A stretch of 64,000 bases of DNA from an uncultured delta proteobacterium (lineage in GTDB: Bacteria > Desulfobacterota > Desulfobacteria > Desulfobacterales > SG8-13): positions 310,001 through 374,000 of the forward strand of contig CAWKCK010000005.1 of assembly GCA_963848135.1 (NCBI GenBank). The letters are read 5' to 3'. The position numbers were made by a program, and so were the translations under genes. The notes below the pieces were generated by a model, which was not told the DNA's origin, searched no databases, and saw only the letters and a program-made list of their open reading frames with translations. This document shows, in pieces, positions 48,685-56,454 of the stretch (within the stretch, counting starts at the first letter, position 1; every line of letters begins with the position of its first letter).

Positions 48685-51117
48685 ATGAAGCGGACAAATT
48701 CAAAAACACCAAAACTATTCTTGATCTACCCTTTGGCACTTCTCGTCATTGTCCTGCAGGGATGCGCAACAACCAAACCACCAGCAGATCCATTAGCCTA
48801 CAAAAACCGAACGAAGGTCAGCGTCAGCGGGGATGTGGTGGTTACGGTCGCCGTACCGACCATCGCTGAAGCCCAGGCGATCTATGATGCCGATTTAGCA
48901 TCGAAACACATTCAGCCGATATGGGTGGAAATCAAAAACGACAGCAATGAAGCTTACTGGCTATTGCCATCCGGTTTGGACCCCGAGTATTTCAATCCGT
49001 CGGAGGCGGCCTTCGCTTTTCACACGGGTTCGGATGAAACCGATCGGAAAATCGATGAGCAGTTTCAGAGACTGAGTTTCAAAAACCCCATTCGATCGGG
49101 ATCAATCAAAGACGGTTTCGTACTCGTAAACCTGGATGAAGGCTTCAAAGCCGTCGATATCGATCTTATTTCCCATAGAGAAGTCAAGAGCTTTTCGTTT
49201 GTCATCACCGACCCGGAATTCAAAGGCGACTACAACGAGGTCGATTCCAAATCCCTATACCCCGACGAAGATATCATCGACATCGAAGACGAAGAAGAAC
49301 TACGCCGGGCACTTGATAAACTACCCTGCTGCACGACAAATAAGGATGGAGATCAATACGGCGACCCCCTAAATCTGGTCCTTGTCGGGAACGGAAGTGA
49401 TATCTTACCAGCTCTAGTTCGCCGCGATTGGCACGCCACGGAGATGTTCTGGTCACAAGCTTTAATGCGCACGATTAAATCATTTTTACATGGCGAGCGC
49501 TATCGTTACTCACCCATAAGCCCTCTGTATGTTTACGGAAGGCGTCAGGACATTGGCTTCCAGAAGGCTCGCAGCACAATCCATGAACGCAACCACATGC
49601 GGCTTTGGCAGAATCCTATCCGTTTCCGCGGCAAGAAGGTATTTGTCGGTCAAATCAGCCGGGACATCGGCGTTAAATTCACCTTAAAGTCGCCGACCAT
49701 CTCGACCCATGTCATCGACCCGGATGTGGATGAAGCTCGTCGGTATCTTGCCGAAGACCTGGCCTATTCACAGGCAGTCGCCGGAATCGGCTATGTCAAA
49801 GGTGTCGGAGGTGTCACCAGGCAGGCGCCCCGAATGAATCTTGTGGGAGATCCGTTCTATACTGACGGGTTGCGGATCGTGCTCTTTTTCGAACCGAGGC
49901 CTCACGCACTTTCTGATATAGAATTGATCGAATGGGAAAGCCCATCGGAATATTATGCGAAAATTAATCCCAACGCTACCTTGAAGAAATCGGTTGCCAT
50001 GAACGAGGCGCCGGTTAAGAAACGAGCGCTGACAAAAGAAAGCAATGGCATTCGGGTATCGACTGCCGTTGTTGGTGACAAGGAGGCCAATCAAATCTTC
50101 GGAATCGATCTTGCCCGCGAGAATATTCAGGCCGTGTGGCTCGAGATCGAAAACAACGGCGACCATTCGGTAATTTTGCTGCCGACGGCCATAGATCCCG
50201 AATATTTTTCCCCGCTGGAAGTCGCCTTTGCCTACCACAAATCCTTTTCTGGCAATGCGAACGCAACACTTGACGAACATATTCTGAAACTAAATTTTCC
50301 CATCCGAAATCGAATCGATCCAGGAACGCAGGCTTCCGGTTACATTTTCACCAGCTGGACTAAGCGAACGAAAAGAATTGATGTCGATCTGATGGGACGT
50401 AATTACAGCCAGAACTTTACATTTTTTTACACTATCAACCCAGATACGACAAAGGGACAAGATTTCGTCGATCGCATTGAAACGATGTTTTCGACTTCGG
50501 AGTTGCAAAACCTGGAGAGCGAGGCTGCACTGCGTCAGGCCTTGGAGCAGCTTCCCTGTTGCGTATCCGATGAAAACGGTCGGCCCACTGGCGAGCCTCT
50601 CAATATCGTAGTGATTGGAATGCTTGACGACTGGTCCACCGCTTTTGGCCGCCGAGGCTACCGACAGCATTTGCTGAACCCACGTTATGCTTTCGGGCGC
50701 CTTCAGGATATTTCCGCGAGCAAGCAGAGGAAGGGATACATTAAATCCCAAGCACATACCATCTGGCTCTGGCAGACGCCGTTACGATACCAGAGTAAAC
50801 AGGTTTGGGTAGGCCAAACCAGCACCCGGCTGGGGGGGCGTTTTGCAAACAATGCGCCTCCCGAGGAAACGCTGCCCTTGGATCCTCGCGTAGATGAGGC
50901 ACGCTATGACCTTGTGCAGGATTTGGTATACTCCCAAGCATTGACCAAAGCTGGTCATGTAAAAGGGGCAGGGCGAGCACCATCAACGCAAGCGGACGGA
51001 TTGTTAACAGATAACCAATATACAACCGATGGTCTGCGCGTGGTGTTGGTCTTTGATGATCGGCCCGCCTCTCTGGCTGAAATCGATTTCTTTAACTGGG
51101 AGCGAGTTGCCGACTAA
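48685..51117 (+). CDS. LssY C-terminal-domain lipoprotein with internal duplication
   Basis: Lipobox LQGC; two homologous halves, each with LPCC..G(D/E)PLN, GQxSxxxG, DP.VDEAR and YTDGLR-like motifs. Confidence 0.8.
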   Translation: MKRTNSKTPKLFLIYPLALLVIVLQGCATTKPPADPLAYKNRTKVSVSGDVVVTVAVPTIAEAQAIYDADLASKHIQPIWVEIKNDSNEAYWLLPSGLDPEYFNPSEAAFAFHTGSDETDRKIDEQFQRLSFKNPIRSGSIKDGFVLVNLDEGFKAVDIDLISHREVKSFSFVITDPEFKGDYNEVDSKSLYPDEDIIDIEDEEELRRALDKLPCCTTNKDGDQYGDPLNLVLVGNGSDILPALVRRDWHATEMFWSQALMRTIKSFLHGERYRYSPISPLYVYGRRQDIGFQKARSTIHERNHMRLWQNPIRFRGKKVFVGQISRDIGVKFTLKSPTISTHVIDPDVDEARRYLAEDLAYSQAVAGIGYVKGVGGVTRQAPRMNLVGDPFYTDGLRIVLFFEPRPHALSDIELIEWESPSEYYAKINPNATLKKSVAMNEAPVKKRALTKESNGIRVSTAVVGDKEANQIFGIDLARENIQAVWLEIENNGDHSVILLPTAIDPEYFSPLEVAFAYHKSFSGNANATLDEHILKLNFPIRNRIDPGTQASGYIFTSWTKRTKRIDVDLMGRNYSQNFTFFYTINPDTTKGQDFVDRIETMFSTSELQNLESEAALRQALEQLPCCVSDENGRPTGEPLNIVVIGMLDDWSTAFGRRGYRQHLLNPRYAFGRLQDISASKQRKGYIKSQAHTIWLWQTPLRYQSKQVWVGQTSTRLGGRFANNAPPEETLPLDPRVDEARYDLVQDLVYSQALTKAGHVKGAGRAPSTQADGLLTDNQYTTDGLRVVLVFDDRPASLAEIDFFNWERVAD

Positions 51118-51209
51118 CGATAAAGACACGGGAATTAACACATTTCCGTTGCGGCCAACAGAGTAACACAGCTTTTTTATCGCATATCACTATGTCTCTT
51201 AGGTTTTTC

Positions 51210-51536
51210 GATCCTTTTTTCAAAATTTCCTCTACCCAATTGCGATGATAATCCGGTAGCTGATTGCTGTTTTTGATACCAAGCAAAGCGGTTAATTTTT
51301 GCCGATCTATCAGTGAATAGCGCTGCTTTGGATTTTGGATTTCATTATATCCACCAAACATCCATTCATAAGGATGGCGCACAACACCGGCTCTCACCAT
51401 ATTTAGATCCATATATATATGCCAAGCATCGGATTAAATGGTTGCCGGTTTTGACTGCGGTCGCATGATAGCGGTCTTGCCAGAATGCTCCCGTTCGGTT
51501 CTTTCTTTGATTATATTCTCTTGCCGTTCTGCCGGC
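51210..51536 (-). pseudogene. REP-associated/IS200-like Y1 transposase remnant
   Basis: AGRTAREYNQRKNRTGAFWQDRYHAT...CLAYI/DLNMVRAGVVRHPYEW, with a frameshift in the (AT)n run at 51411-51420. Confidence 0.7.
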
Positions 51537-51544
51537 TATGAGAG

Positions 51545-51676
51545 TGAGGCGATGCAATGGATCAATGTCAGCTACGCAACCTATTTCAATCGCCAACGCG
51601 GCAGACAGGGGCATCTGTTCCAGGGAAGGTTCAAGGCAATTTGAATAAATGCTGACGCGTATCTCAAACATCTATA
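51545..51676 (+). pseudogene. Second RAYT/Y1 transposase remnant, opposite strand
   Basis: AMQWINVSYATYFNRQRGRQGHLFQGRFKAI*INADAYL. Confidence 0.65.
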
Positions 51677-51693
51677 GCGCTATTGGAGATTGA

Positions 51694-52785
51694 ATGAAAT
51701 TACTTTTTCTTGAATCATATTTTGGCGGATCCCACGGTGAATTTGCCAAAGGCCTGGTCGAGCATTCACATCATGATATTGACCTGATGACAATGCCTGA
51801 GCGTAACTGGCGATGGCGTATGCGGGGGGCGGCGCTTTATTTTTTTTATGCGATCAAAAACTTAAAGAAATATGACGGTCTGATTGTAACAGACCTGATG
51901 AGCCTCTCCGACTTTAAAGCGTTGGCCGGTAATAATTGTCCGCCGGTTCTGGCCTATTTTCATGAGGACCAGATTACATATCCGGGTGTGCCTGGTGCGA
52001 ATAATGATTTTCATTTCGGTATTATCGATATTACAACGGCCCTGTCAGCTGATAAAAATCTGTTTAATTCAAAAATGCATCTGAAAAGCTTTCTGACCGG
52101 TGTTGAAAGATTTGCCGGGCGTGTTCCGGATTTTCAGCCAAGCTGGATACACAATCACATTGCAGCAAAATCCGATTATTTGCATCCGGGTATGAGATTT
52201 CCAGATAAGATCGATCCTTGCAAGAGAGATGATGCCCTGCCCTCATTGATCATCTGGAATCATCGATGGGGATATGACAAGAATGCCAAAGCGTTTTTTA
52301 AAGCCCTTGATAAGGCTTTATCCAATGGCCTTGAATTTCGTCTGGCAATATTGGGTGATAATTTTACGGTTGACCAAGAGGAATTCTCAGAAGCAAAAAA
52401 ACGATATGGAGATCGGATCGTCCAGTTTGGATACGTATCGGAGAGAAAAAATTACATTGGATGGCTGAAAAAAGGAGATATAGTTATTAGCTCTGCTTTA
52501 CAAGAAAATTTCGGACTTTCGGTTGTTGAAGCGATACGCTATGGGTGCCTTCCGCTCTTACCCAACAGGCTCTCCTACCCTGAAATTCTTCCGGATATAT
52601 TTCATTCGGATTTTATCTATGAGAACAGAAAAGATATGGACCGAAAACTGGCAGATATGATTGTGAATAAACAAGCCTATGGTAAAAAGCGTCAGGCACT
52701 CTCAGATTCAATGGACCGGTTTGCATGGAAAAATATGATTAAAGAATATGATAAGGTATTTGAACACCTGTTTGAGAAAAAATGA
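51694..52785 (+). CDS. DUF3524 + GT-B glycosyltransferase (GTDC1/QTMAN-like)
   Basis: Motifs LESYFGGSH, WRWRMRG, YFHEDQ-TYP, WNHRW-YDKN, ENFG-SVVEA, LSYPE. Confidence 0.85.
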   Translation: MKLLFLESYFGGSHGEFAKGLVEHSHHDIDLMTMPERNWRWRMRGAALYFFYAIKNLKKYDGLIVTDLMSLSDFKALAGNNCPPVLAYFHEDQITYPGVPGANNDFHFGIIDITTALSADKNLFNSKMHLKSFLTGVERFAGRVPDFQPSWIHNHIAAKSDYLHPGMRFPDKIDPCKRDDALPSLIIWNHRWGYDKNAKAFFKALDKALSNGLEFRLAILGDNFTVDQEEFSEAKKRYGDRIVQFGYVSERKNYIGWLKKGDIVISSALQENFGLSVVEAIRYGCLPLLPNRLSYPEILPDIFHSDFIYENRKDMDRKLADMIVNKQAYGKKRQALSDSMDRFAWKNMIKEYDKVFEHLFEKK

Positions 52786-52965
52786 GATATGAGGATATCT
52801 CAAGTCGGTCTGCCCTTTTTTGTCGGAACCGAAAAATGCATCCAATCTCCGAGGATCAAATTATACAACGTCCACCAAAAGTCTATTCGTTTCCATGTTG
52901 ACACACTCAAAAAATTTTATTAGATTATGATCAGAATTATGGTCAACTATAAAAGAGGTCTAATT

Positions 52966-53223
52966 ATGGAGACACTATCTTTGTCTGAAGCAAAAATGAA
53001 ACTCAGTGAACTCATCGATAGAGTTCAGTCAACCGATGCAGAGGTTGTCATTACAAAAAATGGCCGACCGGCTGCCGTGTTGGTGAGTCCTGATGAATTC
53101 GATGGCTGGAGGGAAACCATTTCGATTCAATCCGATAAAGAGCTGATGGTCGAGATAAAAAAGGGTATGTCAGCTTTAAAGAAAAAGGCCAAGCTGTATA
53201 CCTTGGAGGAACTTTTCGAATAA
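52966..53223 (+). CDS. Phd/YefM-family antitoxin
   Basis: Motifs SLSEAKMKLSELI, VITKNGRPAAVLVS. Confidence 0.9.
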   Translation: METLSLSEAKMKLSELIDRVQSTDAEVVITKNGRPAAVLVSPDEFDGWRETISIQSDKELMVEIKKGMSALKKKAKLYTLEELFE

Positions 53224-53535
53224 ATGATGACTTCGAAAGATCCGACGCGAATAAAACTCAGAGTGCCCGATGACATCGTTGCCTTGATCAGAGGCTGTCA
53301 CCCACAGCTGAAAAGAAAAATTCGGTCCGGGTTGCGGCATATTTTGGTTGAACCTGAATCGGGTAAGTCCCTCAAGGATGAATTGGAAGGTTTGAAAAGT
53401 TACCGAATCAGCAGATTCAGGATCGTTTACCGTATATCGCCAAAACGGATTATTGACATTGTGGCCATTGGACCGCGTAGAACAATTTATGAAGAAACGT
53501 ATAAAATCATCAAAAAAGAAGCAGATCATAGATGA
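53224..53535 (+). CDS. RelE/ParE-family toxin
   Basis: Motif GKSLKDELEGLKSYRISRFRIVY...AIGPRRTIY; directly follows the antitoxin. Confidence 0.88.
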   Translation: MMTSKDPTRIKLRVPDDIVALIRGCHPQLKRKIRSGLRHILVEPESGKSLKDELEGLKSYRISRFRIVYRISPKRIIDIVAIGPRRTIYEETYKIIKKEADHR

Positions 53536-53660
53536 GGATCAATTGTGCTCAAATTGCACCTGTCAAGGTCAACCAGCTCCAAGCGAAATCATACGGTAAT
53601 TGGAAAGTGTCATAGAGTAAACTATCTGTAATTACAATATTTTTGAATTCTAAGAAACTC

Positions 53661-53708
53661 GCCCTTCTAAACTGTAGGCCGAAAGTTCGAATCCTGCCGG
53701 GTGTACCC
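53661..53708 (+). other. Degenerate tRNA-Arg(TCT) 3'-half remnant
   Basis: CCTTCTAAACTGTAGGCCGAAAGTTCGAATCCTGCCGGGTGTACC retains anticodon loop CT-TCT-AA and a TTCGAAT T-loop. No D-arm or 5' strand. Confidence 0.5.
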
Positions 53709-53769
53709 GATATATGAACGGGTTATGTCTCATAGCATAACCCGTTTTTCTTTACGCTGCGGTTTCCCT

Positions 53770-55299
53770 TCACATATCATACCTATCGAGCAGGGTGCGT
53801 TTGAGAACTTTACCGGTTGCGGTTCGCGGAAATTCATCCAGAATGACGACATCCTTCACTTTTTGAAAACGCGCTTCAACTCGATCGTTTACCCATTCCA
53901 GGAGTTCCCGGGGAGTATTCGTGGCTTCGTGATGCAGGATCACCGCTGCCACCGGTGTCTCCCCCCATTTCTCACTGGGAACCCCATATACCGCAACCTC
54001 CCGAACAGACGAATGTTTTATGAGAACTTCTTCAATGTCTCTTGGATAGACGTTGATACCACCGGAAATGATCATGTCCTTCATGCGATCCACCAGATGC
54101 AGGAAGCCTTCATCATCGGTGAAACCCAGGTCGCCACTGTGGATCCATCTGTTTACAATGGTTTGTCGGGTAAGCTCAGGCTGCTTGTAATAGCCCGTCA
54201 TTGCAAGGGGCCCACGCCCGATGATTTCGCCGACTTTCCCGACTGGCAGTTCCTTTCCTCGATCATCAACAATTGTGATATCGGTAAAAGGCGTCGGACA
54301 TCCAACCGATTCCGGCTTACGATCAAAATCGTTTTTGTCCAGAACGGTAAAAAACCCTTCCGTTAACCCGTAGGCTTCGTAGAACGTGCCGGGCAAGTGC
54401 CGGTTCCACAATTCCTTGTGCTTTTGATGCAACGGGGCGCCCATACAGCAAATCGCTTCGATTGAAGACAAGGCTTCAGGTGAAAAATTAGGCGCATTGA
54501 GCATGGCAATCATTTGGGCCGGAACAGTTGTAATATGAGTGACCCTCTCTTTTTCGACGAGTTCGACGAGTTGTTGGCCGTCTAAGTGACGTCCGAAAAT
54601 AAAAGTTGACCCGAGGTACATGGCCGGCATCATAAGCATGAACGCACCGTTGAAGATGACCGCGCCCGTGTGCAGGCAAATGGATTCGGGCTGCATGCGC
54701 CACGATGAGGCAAATGTCGAACAGTAGAGTCCCCGAATATAGTGGGTATGAACGATTCCCTTGGGCAGTCCGGTAGTGCCGCTGCTGTATATGATGTTCA
54801 CTGGATCATCCTGATGAATGTCGATTTCATCAGGTTCACTGCCCTTCGAACCGGCTTTAAGGGATTGATAATCCATGAAATTGGGATTCTTACCGGAGAC
54901 CGAATAAAAGCGCTCCGGTGGAATATGACGCAGATCCGGCTTTACCGCATCCAAAAATTCCTCAGCCTCGGCCTCCGTGATGACCCAAACGGCATCCGCG
55001 TCCGAGATCAGGCTTGAAAGACCTTTTCCGCGCAGGAGCGGGCTCAGCGGTACAGCCACCGCACCAATTTTGGCTGTCGCCCAAAAAACTTCCAGCAGTT
55101 CAACACAGTTATTTAAAACTGTCGCGATTTTGTCGCCTTTTTTTATGCCCAATTTTAGCAAACCGTTGGCCAAACGGTTGACATGGGAATTCAAAGACTC
55201 GAAAGTGAGCCGTTCGTCACCGAAAATAAGTGCCAAATGCTTGCGACGAAATTTGGCGTGGCTTGGAAGCAGTCTGCCGATATTCATATTTTCCTCCAT
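53770..55299 (-). CDS. Acyl-CoA synthetase (class I adenylate-forming enzyme)
   Basis: Motifs YSSGTTGLPKG, YGLTE, SGDLG, RMKDMIISGG-NVYP, PRTATGKV. Confidence 0.93.
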   Translation of the reverse strand: MEENMNIGRLLPSHAKFRRKHLALIFGDERLTFESLNSHVNRLANGLLKLGIKKGDKIATVLNNCVELLEVFWATAKIGAVAVPLSPLLRGKGLSSLISDADAVWVITEAEAEEFLDAVKPDLRHIPPERFYSVSGKNPNFMDYQSLKAGSKGSEPDEIDIHQDDPVNIIYSSGTTGLPKGIVHTHYIRGLYCSTFASSWRMQPESICLHTGAVIFNGAFMLMMPAMYLGSTFIFGRHLDGQQLVELVEKERVTHITTVPAQMIAMLNAPNFSPEALSSIEAICCMGAPLHQKHKELWNRHLPGTFYEAYGLTEGFFTVLDKNDFDRKPESVGCPTPFTDITIVDDRGKELPVGKVGEIIGRGPLAMTGYYKQPELTRQTIVNRWIHSGDLGFTDDEGFLHLVDRMKDMIISGGINVYPRDIEEVLIKHSSVREVAVYGVPSEKWGETPVAAVILHHEATNTPRELLEWVNDRVEARFQKVKDVVILDEFPRTATGKVLKRTLLDRYDM

Positions 55300-55877
55300 A
55301 GAAAACGATTATTTGCTCATCCATCAATAAGAAAACCTCGGCAACTTAATATTATGCACCCCTGTAGGATTCGATCGACCTCTTGATTTGCCGGTGTGAA
55401 TTTGAATGGCAGCGACGGATGTTTCTGCCGTGCAATCCGGTATTTCTAGAAATACAAATAACAGCTTGGTGTGCGCTGCGCAAGATTGGCGTTGTGGTAT
55501 CTGCCGACTTTCTTGGGTTTCCCCGTTTTCCCAGATGGGACCACGTCATCGTATGGTTATCTTGTTGTTCAATTGTAAATCTCTCAATATTACTCATTTT
55601 GAAGTCTTATCGCCACATATTCATGCGGATAACCCTGCCCCCGAGCTTTCCCTTCGTCTCTGTCGCAAATGTCCGGCGGCCGACTGCGGCACTCTCCGTC
55701 CCCCCTTCACCCTGGTCGGGTCCGGTGATGTGATACCCTGGGAGCAGGGATTCCGGATAAAATTTTTTTATTTTAAAATTTGCAAAAATTGGAATTGCTG
55801 ATAAAAAAAAGGAATGCTGATAAACCGGCAAACCGGAACGGATGGCTTGAATACTAAAACAGCGAAAGGAGCTTAAG

Positions 55878-56297
55878 ATGATGTTAAAAAAGATCTGCAC
55901 ACTTTCAGTTCTTGGTATGTTGATAGCCGCCCTGCCAGCCTGGGGATTGGATCTCGAGCCGGGCAAGTATGAAATTACAACAAAAGTAGAGATGTCGGGA
56001 ATGCCCAGCGGGGTGCCACCCCAAACAATGACCCAATGTCTGGATGAGCAGGACCCGGTGCCCGATTCCTCCGCCGACGCCCAGGGATGCAAGATCACAG
56101 ACATGAAGACCACAGGCAACACGGTCACCTATACGATGGAATGCGACCAACAAGGCATGCAAACCAAGAGTACCGGTGAAATCACCTACCAGGGGGACAC
56201 CTTCGAAGGCACTACTGAAACGAACATGGGGCCGGCAGCAGGCAACATGACCATTACCACTGTGGTTAAAGGCAAACGCATCGGAAAGTGTGAGTAG
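55878..56297 (+). CDS. DUF3617-family exported protein
   Basis: Signal peptide; LEPGKYEITT; conserved Cys pattern; terminal GKRIGKC. Confidence 0.82.
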   Translation: MMLKKICTLSVLGMLIAALPAWGLDLEPGKYEITTKVEMSGMPSGVPPQTMTQCLDEQDPVPDSSADAQGCKITDMKTTGNTVTYTMECDQQGMQTKSTGEITYQGDTFEGTTETNMGPAAGNMTITTVVKGKRIGKCE

Positions 56298-56454
56298 GCT
56301 ATCTGAATGAGGCGTGAGGGGTTCGGCGCCGAACTGTTTTTGTTCCTGGTGCTTTCACTGCCGCCAACAACGCCTCAAAGAACGTCTGACAAAAACAAAA
56401 CAACTCACATACAGCGCCGTCAGGATGATGTCTGACGCCACCGGGGGGGGCTCC

